Of a DNA stretch of 20,000 nucleotides, positions 1 through 9,400 are shown in pieces. The notes under the pieces were generated by a model. It saw only the letters and a list, made by a program, of their open reading frames with translations, did not search any database and was not told where the DNA came from. The DNA lies in the NCBI GenBank assembly GCA_010093705.1, contig MU006110.1, positions 312,671 to 332,670 of the forward strand, given 5' to 3'. Every line of letters begins with the position of its first letter. Positions within the stretch are counted from its first letter, which is position 1. The position numbers and the translations under genes were made by a program. This DNA is from Patellaria atrata CBS 101060 (lineage: Eukaryota).

Positions 1-96
1 AAGTTTTAGCAGGAAAGTATCCTAAGGTAGAAGTAAGTGTATCACGCTAACCTTATAGATATCGTACTTCCAAGCCGCAACAATAAACCGATTGCA

Positions 97-243
97 TGTT
101 ACATTATATTAGTAAGGGTGGGTTATGAACGGCGGTATAAGATTGGGTGAGATTGTGTGAGATTGTGTGAGATTGTGTGAGATTGGGTGAGATTGGGTGA
201 GATCGGGTGAGATTGGGTGACGGACTTCCTACTAGGATTGACA
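97..243. mobile_element. Putative 147-bp solo LTR with 5-bp TSD
   Basis: Starts TGTTA, ends TGACA; TTGCA on both flanks (92-96, 244-248); encloses the 10-bp tandem array. Confidence 0.5.
141..220. repeat. 8 x 10-bp tandem repeat GATTG(G/T)GTGA
   Basis: Eight contiguous copies, one with a GATCG variant. Confidence 0.95.
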
Positions 244-386
244 TTGCACCTGGTTGAATAACAATGATACAGTAAATGCACTGGTAATCAGAACATACTG
301 ATTGTATACAGTGTGATTCATATTAAACATAACTTACCTATGTTGCAGGCGAATGGCTCACATCTTGAAATATCACAACCATTGAA

Positions 387-393
387 TATAAAA
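387..393 (+). promoter_or_regulatory. Candidate TATA box for the 552-728 gene
   Basis: TATAAAA about 100 nt upstream of the 5'-UTR intron at 491-551. Confidence 0.4.
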
Positions 394-551
394 GGGGCGC
401 TGCGTGAAAATAATAAGCTTCATTAACCAACTACTCCGCGAAAGAAGGCTCAGACTACACTTACTTCAGCCGAAAAACTAAAAAAGCACAGTACGTTTCA
501 TTCTATTCGTTTAGTAAATTCAGAACGTTTACTAATTTTTCCCTGTCTAAG

Positions 552-728
552 ATGTGTGAGAAGACAGTGTCCCTGAAAAAATGGGCGTGTGGCGATGAGG
601 AGGAAGAAGAAGTCAAATTTGAATCTTGCGGCGATTTGAGCAAACCTGGTCATACAGTTAAAATTAACACTCTGGGCTCTAAACGCGTTGGAAGTAAATG
701 CGGGAAGTTCGGCTGCCGCAACCCCTAA
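552..728 (+). CDS. 58-aa Cys-rich microprotein (below ORF-track cutoff)
   Basis: MCEKTVSLKKWACGDEEEEEVKFESCGDLSKPGHTVKINTLGSKRVGSKCGKFGCRNP*; immediately preceded by a canonical intron (GTACGT 491, TACTAAT, AG 551) and a TATA box. Confidence 0.6.
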   Translation: MCEKTVSLKKWACGDEEEEEVKFESCGDLSKPGHTVKINTLGSKRVGSKCGKFGCRNP

Positions 729-1144
729 TGGAATCAATAATCCGTGAGCACCTTCTCTCCAGAACGGTTCTCAACGCTAACAATCGCAAAGAGAGATCTG
801 GATACCTTACTTGGTGGGGTGATAGGATTGAGCGATTGGGGTACTTTTACGCATGGAAGACATGCAAGGCCACATTCATTAGCAAGCGATTATTGGACGT
901 TATTGTTCAGCTTGTAGTCACTCTCCTTTAAAGATATAAATGCTATAAATAATGTAGTATTTATCGCCTAAATTCTCATGCTCTTGTGACTTTCTTACCA
1001 TCTCGGAAAAGGCTAAATGGGTTGGTATGATGCGCACGTGATTAGTGAGACGTTCCAACATCGCATTCAAAACCGCAACTCTCTTCCTCATTAACTACCA
1101 CAAACCATTCCATTCTTAAACACAAAGTACTCTCACACCACAGA

Positions 1145-2018
1145 ATGGAGTCTCTACCATACCACGGTTCTACCTCGGACTTCTTCCGCTTTGATACCGG
1201 CCGGATCATCAAATTGCCTATGAAGGTTTGGGAAGGAAACCCAAACCACCAAGAGTTAGAGGAAGAAATGGAGAGAGCTATATCCTTCGAACGAAAGATT
1301 TTAGAAAAACTAGGTAGCCATTCTAGGATTGTTCCGTTTGTTTTCCCCCCAACCATATATAGCCGCGAAGCTAAGCGTCCTTCACAGATATCTAGGAGCT
1401 TATGATAAGGGCATTCTGCTTAGAGAAGCAAGCCATGGAAACGTACAAACATACCTCAATTCCAACCTCGCGGTAATCGATAATTCTCTACGCTGGAAAT
1501 GGTCTCTGCAAGCTGTTGAAGCTGTTGTATATATACACAGCGCGGGCGTAATACACTCGGACCTGCGACCCGAAAATTTCTTAGTACATGCTACAACTGA
1601 ACTATCGCTAGACCTCTGGCTCTGCGACTTTGGCGGAGCGAGGTGTGATAAGCTGGGATTGAATGTCCACCACCTACCCGACGATCCGTTTTTTGACCCC
1701 CGATTGCCGTGGGTTTCCACACCGGCAGTTGATATCTTCAGTTTGGGGTCTATCATTTACACTATCCTCACAGGACACTGGCCGTATAGAGAGGGGTTGC
1801 CCCCGGTAACTATGGAGGAGAAATGCTCATATGAGTCCAACGTGAACAAGATGTTTGAAGCGGGTGTCTTCCCAGATGTCTCCAGGCTGAGAGGCGGCAG
1901 AGTGATCAAAGGATGCTGGGACCACCAATACCAAACGGCTGAGGAGGTACTATTAGCTATTAAGTCGGAGATGGCAGTGCTGAATTGCAAGTCAGCCAGA
2001 AGGGCGGAGATGCTCTAG
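1145..2018 (+). CDS. Small Ser/Thr protein kinase, 273 aa; exons 1145-1335, 1388-2018
   Basis: Intron GTTTGT..GCTAAG..CAG (1336-1387) joins two ORFs in frame; motifs IIK, alphaC Glu (FERKIL), HSDLRPEN, DFG, DIFSLG. Confidence 0.88.
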
Positions 2019-2354
2019 GAGCTAAGAGGGTTAATAGACTAGTCTATAGTCTGTCAACACTTGATCAAAACATATTGCAATGGGAGGAAGGGATATAAGC
2101 TCAATTACAATCACTGTAAAAATTAGGATGATGGAATAGGACCTTAAAACACTTTCTAGAAACTATAGGTTCGATTCTCAGAAACTAGGGCGCATAAATC
2201 GACCAAATCGGTCATTTAGAGAACTGGAAAGCGGAATCACGAATTGTGATCTCTACGGCGCTTAAGTAGTTCCATAGTCAAATTAAATCCTAGTACAAAC
2301 CTTTATAAAAAGGAAGGATTCTTGTACCTAGGTGGAGTCATCTACCCCAAGACA

Positions 2355-2914
2355 ATGCTTTTTGCAACTCTGATTCGAGTCCTTACGGTATATCTTCTCG
2401 TCCGTGTCAGCATCCTCTCATATTTCTCAACTTGACCCCATATTCTGATCCTAGGAAAATGGGAACCATCGTTGTGATTATTGTAACCCGACACGACACA
2501 TGGCGAAGCACTTGTTCATTATGGGGTCATCTACGACGAATCTCCATAGTCCTAAAACGTCGAGTTGATATAAGGGCCGAGGGTCCGCCGCCATCTGAAG
2601 AAAGACTCCCTATAGAACTATCACCCCCGCCACCATACGTTGAGAACCCCCCACATCACCTAGAGCATAAAGATAACCCTACCGGAATTAGCGGTTGTTG
2701 CAAACCACTTAATTCTCACCAGCTGGACTAGGTTGAGAAGGTAACTGTGCCACTGAGACTATCAATCGAGCTTTTCGGAGTCTAACACGTTTAGATCATA
2801 TTCTGGAGCCAGGTCCAAGATGTATACCACTATTGGCGGATGAGGTGGATTTCATGTAGTGCAAATACATGCACGTTTTCAATATGTCTTGTCCATGTTA
2901 GGGTTTCTTCGTAG
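2355..2914 (+). pseudogene. Unresolved small spliced gene or gene relic
   Basis: TATAAAA near 2304, ATG 2355 with hydrophobic start, PPPPY-containing ORF 2432-2731, clear intron GTAACT..CTAAC..TAG (2741-2794). No consistent single reading frame could be built. Confidence 0.3.
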
Positions 2915-3781
2915 ATATTCTGGACTATCATCGTCACAATTTTCGAACGTTGGAAGCGCCATTATTACAGTGCACGTGAGTGCGAATACTCGAATGATCA
3001 TACTACTGATTTAGGCCAAAACTTGTAATAGTTTGCGAAAATCGAAGTGAATCTGCGGCACACGGATCTCAATTTCAATGCTTTGCGTATGCCCACACTA
3101 CTGTGCAGCTTTTCGGTTGAGTATTGAGAGTAGGTAATTCCGTGGGTAACACGAAGTATCGGGCACCGCCGAGCGGTGGGTGGTCAGGGTGGTAGGATGC
3201 CCGCAATGTGGACCGTCGATTGTTTAGTCTCGCAAACGCCAAGACTTATTCCATAACCGTTACCTCGAAAGGAAAATCAGTACGGAGTACGAAAATGACG
3301 TTCCTCTCCGTACCTACTTTCTTCAGATACTTCAGTTTCACTACGTTGGAAGAGCACGCAAGTTTCTAAGTACATAGCAAAGAACACTTGTACAGTACCC
3401 CCTCACCCAAATCGAAATAGGACCAAGACACTTATCCACAGAGGGTGAGATACTAAGATGGGACATCCGAGTCTAAGTGATAAATGACTACAAGTACATT
3501 ATAGAAGGATCAGCAAATATTACGATGTATATAACTAAGATGAAGTATGGCCTAGCTACAAAGTGTCATTTCAATCCCCTTGCGAATATATAGACGAGCC
3601 ACGGTGTTGATCCAGCGTACTCGACCCCGAAGGGAGTCCCAGCACAATACTGCCTGATAGGGATCTTCCCTTAGCTGATCACTTTGTCTCGCAAGCTTCC
3701 GTCGTAATACTCGAACCTGTCGTGTCTTTGGGGCGAGGGGGTCAAGAACAAACCGTGCCTGGGTGGTGTTCTCATATTGAC

Positions 3782-4219
3782 TTAGTAAAACGCGGCGACG
3801 AGGTATGGAGTTTGACCAACCTGAGACATAACCCGTGAACTCAAAGATGCGATTTGGTCCTGCAAACCAATATTTTGCTTGCATAAACAATCATATTCCT
3901 CCATATATCTGTCCAAGTCCGCTTTACACTCCTGCCACGCGTTGTACCACCCAAGGAGATCGGCGCAGATTTCCTCTACCTTTTCCTCCGCTTGTTGGCG
4001 ATGTCCCTTTGCTTTCTCGAGCTCGTCTTTAGTCGTATTATGGGCTTGTATCTCCGTTTGTAGAGCGAGAGAGCATTCAAGTAGCGTAAATCTACTCTCT
4101 GGTGTACTCTCCACTTCTGATTCGTTTGCGACTTCTGTCTCGGGTGACTCTACTCTGCGGCTGCGGCGTAGATCCCGAAGGAAAGGATGCTTAGGAATTG
4201 TACAAGCTGAATGACTCAT
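3782..4219 (-). CDS. Hypothetical coiled-coil protein (possible extra 3' exon to 3552)
   Basis: 145-aa ATG ORF rich in E/K/Q/L with heptad-like pattern (LQTEIQAHNTTKDELEKAK..LQDQIASL). Confidence 0.6.
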   Translation of the reverse strand: MSHSACTIPKHPFLRDLRRSRRVESPETEVANESEVESTPESRFTLLECSLALQTEIQAHNTTKDELEKAKGHRQQAEEKVEEICADLLGWYNAWQECKADLDRYMEEYDCLCKQNIGLQDQIASLSSRVMSQVGQTPYLVAAFY

Positions 4220-4389
4220 TTTAGGGGCTGGGTGATAATTCTCTCAGAGACTCTAGTTCTACAGGAATCTATCCTGACTTTATGTGTCCGTTACACGCCC
4301 GTGTCCTGTTGCTCGTTTTGGAAGTACTAATATAAGACTTTAGCGCTGGATCAATTTACCTCTTGCACTGAGATGAGTTCCTGATTTAT

Positions 4390-5658
4390 ATGAGCGCTAA
4401 GCAGCGCTTATATCTTCAGTTCCCAGCCTCATCCTTCTTTGAGACAGGAAAAATGTCGTTCGCAATGGACGGTGTTTTCAATCGACATCCTCGTCCTCAA
4501 GCTGCGTACCTGCCCGTCCCAACTAAAGCGGCATTGTTGACCCAGAATATTATGAAAGACAAACCTCACGATGGCCTTGTAACTCTGGAAAAGCCAAAGC
4601 CTATCAAGTCTCGTCTGTCATACCCTACCCGGCTCATAGATAGCCACCGGCCCAATACCAATGTCCAAACTATTACTATCGAGCAGAAATTTCCTTCCGA
4701 TATACTCACACGAATGGGAACCTTGACCCAAGGCCAAAAACTGTGGATGGTTTGCCGGTGTATCACTCCTAAGCATAGTGGCGAATTGATAATGTTTAAG
4801 GATTGTAAGCCAGGAGAAGCATCGCGTGAGATCGGAATTCTCAAGAAACTATCACATCCGAACATAGTCCAACTAAAACAAGCATTCATTCATCAGAACA
4901 TCTGCTATGTAGGAATCACCTATCTTCGTTTTACCCTTAGGGAAATACTCTATGTCCATATGAGCCTTGGTGAACTACAAGTTAAATATCTAGCCAAGGA
5001 GGTAGGTTGCAACCCTATTGATACAGGATATCTACCCTAACGTTTTTACCTGTCCTGCATAGGTCTTTCAAGGGCTTCAGTATCTCCACGAGAAAAAGTG
5101 CACCTATACTGGATTAAACCTAGACTCTGTACGAATCGATGGAAAGAAAGGGAACGTTGTTCTAGGTAAGTTCGATAGTGCGCTAAGGGATTATCGTTAA
5201 CAACGATGTAGAGGGCTTCTCTCAGGCATTTCTAGATGATGATGATGCTGATGCTGATGAACATGGGACTTATATAATGAATTCGCATGATAGTCTACAA
5301 GATCTCGGATTCATACTCCTTGAGTGTATGGAAGGACGGCCGGCGGAGACTAAGCGTGACATTGATTTCATAAAGAAACAACGGGAACAATACAAGGTCT
5401 TTGGATTACATAATGCTGAGGCCTGGAGTGGATGCAAGCAGCTTATCGACTTTCTCGATGAGTTATTCAATGTGGATAAAGAATTTACCGCGAAAATACA
5501 ACGGCCAGTAAGTTGTCTAAGTTTTACGCGATACGCTCGCTTACGTATTGCAGCACGAATTCATCAAGGAAGATGGTGTAGGTCCATCATGCCTAATGCA
5601 TTACCTGGAGTTGGTCTCGCTAGAATGTTTCACTGAGTGGCAGGCATATATAGCTTAA
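4390..5658 (+). CDS. Protein kinase-like protein, probable pseudokinase; exons 4390(or 4453)-5001, 5063-5165, 5212-5507, 5554-5658
   Basis: Three canonical introns keep frame; IMFK, REIGILKKLSHPNIVQL, VFQGLQYLHEK and DLGFILLECM present. HRD region reads YTGLNLDSV and DFG position reads EGFS. Confidence 0.78.
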
Positions 5659-5927
5659 CGCGCGCCTGTACTGAGATATAAGAATACTAAAGATGAAGTT
5701 ATTGGAAATAAGTTATTATATTGTGACTATATGATTAAGGAATTCATAAACTCGAAGTGGAAATTTTCGCCGCCGTGCTAATTCTGAACTTGCTCAGACA
5801 ACTGCCTTACAGTAACCTACTTTAAGCGCAATCGTTCAATTTAGCGCCTGCTAGCACTATAAAAGATACATAGAATTTCTACCTTATGTACACTATCGCA
5901 AGACAACCACAGCACCTTCTAATCACT

Positions 5928-6670
5928 ATGGCTTCCGTGCAACACCTTGAACAGCCTGCATCTGATCTTATTCTTAATAAACCTAAGGATTTGAGGCCCG
6001 AAAGTGAGGAGTTCTTCCCTAATAGTTCGATGAACACACCCCAACCAAACCCAAAGGCCCATGGTACATTGGCTAGAGACTGCTTAGAGCTTCCTCCTAT
6101 CCTACCAAACCCATCTGTTCCAGTCAATGGTCATCTTCAAACATATTTTCACAATTTTGGGCCCACACCTCTATATGCTCCTATGCAACCCTCGTTTGGA
6201 CATGTTCTCCCGTCATTTCCCCCGAGCCACACATTCCTACCAGAGTTCCACAGCGTACCGCACCCCTCATTAGGGCCACAAATGACGATGGGTTCTCAAT
6301 TATCCATACCACCCCCTTTCTTACCAAGTGTGAACACTCCCCGTCACGGTGAATGTTGCATGGAATGTTGCATAAAGCAACGTGCTCGAGTAGTTTCATT
6401 GGAAAATGAAGTCACAGATCTTCGAAGGTATATAGTCCACAGTAATCTTGAGCGTATCGCTTATGAGTCAATAGATCCTACGATGATTTGCACTCTAAGA
6501 TCCATAAAGAATCGAGAAATCTTGAGAAAATGGCGATATGGAGTAAGGAAGTCGGAACCTGGGCTATATTCATCAATAATCTTCTCCTTCCCATTACAGA
6601 AGACGAGTCGAGTGAACCGTTCCGGGGATTAGAAGTAGTGTCTGAAGACACTGAGGAGCAGTTGCCTTAA
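5928..6670 (+). CDS. Pro-rich protein with CCxxCC motif and C-terminal coiled coil; exons 5928(or 5886)-6427, 6475-6670
   Basis: TATAAAA near 5858; intron GTATAT..TAG (6428-6474) joins ORFs 5886 and 6488 in frame (LENEVTDLRRSYDDLHSKIHKE). Confidence 0.65.
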
Positions 6671-6877
6671 AACCTGGGATCTCTTTTATTCACTTTGACC
6701 CGTTGTAATTATTTTTCCGTGAATCTCATTCTCGTAGCAATAGTTCCCATCTTAGAATAGTGATAATTACTTTCTTGAGTTTAAGAATTCTTAAATCTAT
6801 TAGTCTCTCAGAATAAGCGCGTATAAAGGAAGATAAATTGAGGAATACACCCACTAATATGAATCCACAAGCAAAAC

Positions 6878-7243
6878 ATGACCCGAGTCCACTTTTCATA
6901 CCCTCTTGTGACCATGATCACGCGTCATCCGACGGAAATTGAGATGCGAAATATGGATGACTTTCAGATTCACCTGGAAAGGTGTCCACGTTGCTATCAT
7001 TTGTCTCTAGACGACCCTCGAGCGTTATGTCCCAGAGCTTGGAACCTCGCAAACCATCTTCAGGAATATTTATTCATGACCAATGGCCGACTGTTCAGTA
7101 CATCATCTAGACAATTTCTTATCATGGTAGAACTACCAAAATACTTCGACTTTGTAGACTGGTTTTTCCGGTCTGTAATAGGTCAGAGGTACCGATATCG
7201 ATATAGACCAAATGCGAGCATGCCCATTCATCGACTTCGATAG
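6878..7243 (+). CDS. Small hypothetical protein with H-x3-C-x2-C..C putative Zn site
   Basis: 121-aa ATG ORF, TATAAA near 6822, AAAACATG context, motif HLERCPRC..LC. Confidence 0.62.
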   Translation: MTRVHFSYPLVTMITRHPTEIEMRNMDDFQIHLERCPRCYHLSLDDPRALCPRAWNLANHLQEYLFMTNGRLFSTSSRQFLIMVELPKYFDFVDWFFRSVIGQRYRYRYRPNASMPIHRLR

Positions 7244-7289
7244 GTGGAGCGAGCGAACGATCTTACTGAGCAATTCTAATATTCAAAGA

Positions 7290-7494
7290 TGTTAGAATTG
7301 AGAGTCACGCAAGGTGGCTGGATATCTGAGATGGCTGGCACAGGATAATGGAGATGGCTGGCACAGGACAATAGAGATGGCTGGACAGGCATGGATTTAA
7401 GATAGGACAGGCACTCACATGATAGTTGACAATGAAGGAACATTCTACATCATTCTATTTACTCTCTTAGCTCATACCAGCATATATTTCAACA
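7290..7494. mobile_element. Solo-LTR-like remnant (205 bp), no TSD
   Basis: Termini TGTTAGAAT..ATTTCAACA, both one transition from TGTTGGAAT/ATTCCAACA; internal 23-bp tandem repeats; flanks AAAGA/CGACT do not match. Confidence 0.55.
7328..7389. repeat. About 2.7 x 23-bp repeat GAGATGGCTGGCACAGGAYAATR
   Basis: Units at 7328, 7351 and a partial one at 7374. Confidence 0.85.
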
Positions 7495-7667
7495 CGACTG
7501 TCCTCCCTGCTAGCGCGGGCGACACAATGTAACACACTATTGTTCTAACCGCTGCTTCAACCTATGAGTATGCTTACGCATCTTGCTTTAACTATAACAC
7601 TACACTATGACTATGAAATCCATTAGGAAGTAGCATTAACTTTATATTAGGAATTGATATATCATGC

Positions 7668-8204
7668 TCACTGATTACTGCGCAGTGCATCCAAGATCTT
7701 GGCAATACTGCGATAACTGTTGCTTGTACGCCCGAAAACTGCTTCAACACTAAAGAGAGCCTGTTCGCATAAGCCCTCTGCTTCCTGCATTCTACTAGTC
7801 TGTTAGAAGAGAACTGCCATATCCTCAGCTATGTTAAGTGCCGATATATACGTCTTCACCCCTCAGTCAAGTGCTTTTCTTATAGCCTTGTTATGAAACG
7901 AGAATAAAGCTATGGTAAAAGTGAGTTGAATTGGTTACCGACCGGTTGGTAGACCGTTCCGTAACAAGCCTTGCAGCGCTCGCCAGCACATCTCCGCCGC
8001 CTCGTCAAGCCGTCCCAGGCCTGCGTAGAGCCTGCCTAAGTTATTGACCGTCTTGAGTGTTGATGTATGATCCGGTCCCCATGCCTTCTCTTTGCCTTAC
8101 AGCGCTCGCAAGCACATCTTCTCCGCCTCGTCAAGCCGTCCCAGGTTCGCGTAGAGCGAGCCTAAGTTGTTGACCGTTTTAAGTGTTGATGTATGGTCTG
8201 CTCC
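7668..8204 (-). pseudogene. Decayed 3' tail of the NLR (about two TPRs plus capping repeat)
   Basis: TPR units continue past TAG 8205-8207, with TAA at 8097-8099 and a 78-bp insert. A frameshifted cap follows (KALD*GVKTYISALNIAEDMAVLF*QTSRMQEAEGLCEQAL..LRSNQ*). Confidence 0.8.
7889..7966. mobile_element. 78-bp TG..CA mini-element (tiny solo LTR or TRIM-like) with 5-bp TSD AGCCT
   Basis: TGTTATGAAACG..CGTTCCGTAACA (10/12 inverted match); AGCCT at 7884-7888 and 7967-7971; removal restores CAA GGC TAT (QGY). Confidence 0.85.
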
Positions 8205-9400
8205 CTATGCCTTCTTAAAGCCTTGCAGCGCTCGTAAGTACATCTTCTTCGCCTCGTCAAGCCGTCCTAGGGATTTATAGAGCGAGCCTAAGTTGTTGAC
8301 CGTGGCGAGTGTTGATGTATGATCCGGTCCCCATGCCTTCTCATAGCCTTGCAGCGCTCGCAAGCACACCTTCTCCGCCTCGTTAAGCCGTCCCAGGTTC
8401 GCGTAGAGCAAGCTCAAGTTGTAGACCGTAATGAGCGTTGATGTACGGTCTGGTCCCCATGCCTTCTCTTTGCCTTGCAGCGCTCGCAAGTACATCTTCT
8501 CCGCCTCGTCAAGCCGTCCTAGGGATTGGTAGAGCGAGCCTAAGTTGNNNNNNNNNNNNNNNNNNNNNNNNNNNNNNNNNNNNNNNNNNNNNNNNNNNNN
8601 NNNNNNNNNNNNNNNNNNNNNNNNNNNNNNNNNNNNNNNNNNNNNNNNNNNNNNNNNNNNNNNNNNNNNNNNNNNNNNNNNNNNNNNNNNNNNNNNNNNN
8701 NNNNNNNNNNNNNNNNNNNNNNNNNNNNNNNNNNNNNNNNNNNNNNNNNNNNNNNNNNNNNNNNNNNNNNNNNNNNNNNNNNNNNNNNNNNNNNNNNNNN
8801 NNNNNNNNNNNNNNNNNNNNNNNNNNNNNNNNNNNNNNNNNNNNNNNNNNNNNNNNNNNNNNNNNNNNNNNNNNNNNNNNNNNNNNNNNNNNNNNNNNNN
8901 NNNNNNNNNNNNNNNNNNNNNNNNNNNNNNNNNNNNNNNNNNNNNNNNNNNNNNNNNNNNNNNNNNNNNNNNNNNNNNNNNNNNNNNNNNNNNNNNNNNN
9001 NNNNNNNNNNNNNNNNNNNNNNNNNNNNNNNNNNNNNNNNNNNNNNNNNNNNNNNNNNNNNNNNNNNNNNNNNNNNNNNNNNNNNNNNNNNNNNNNNNNN
9101 NNNNNNNNNNNNNNNNNNNNNNNNNTCCGCCTCGTCAAGCCGTCTCAGGTCCGCGTAGAGCTTGCCTAAGTTATTGACCGTCTTGAGTGTTGATGTATGA
9201 TCCGGTCCCCATGCCTTCTCATAGCCTTGCAGCGCTCGCAAGCACACCTTCTCCGCCTCGTCAAACCGTCCCAGGTCCACGTAGAGCTTGCCTAAGTTGT
9301 TGACCGTGTCAAGTGTTGATGTATGATCCGGTCCCCATGCCTTCTCAAAGCCTTGCAGCGCTCGCAAGTACATCTTCTCTGCCTCGTCAAACCGTTCATG
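7972..9400 (-). repeat. 126-bp (42-aa) highly conserved TPR tandem array
   Basis: Unit ..RLDEAEKMYLRALQGxEKAWGPDHTSTLxTVNNLGxLY..; eight DEA-type motifs visible, about four more inferred in the gap. Confidence 0.95.

Noticed and set aside
141..220. CRISPR array or telomere repeat
   Set aside because: No spacers, eukaryotic context, unit is not TTAGGG-like and is internal.
498..931. ORFs 498-737(-) and 698-931(+)
   Set aside because: No motifs; they overlap the better-supported 552-728 gene.
2034..2047. 14-bp palindrome ATAGACTAGTCTAT
   Set aside because: Isolated, no TSD or partner; plausible by chance.
8438..9177. Long ORFs spanning the N run
   Set aside because: Artefacts of translating Ns.
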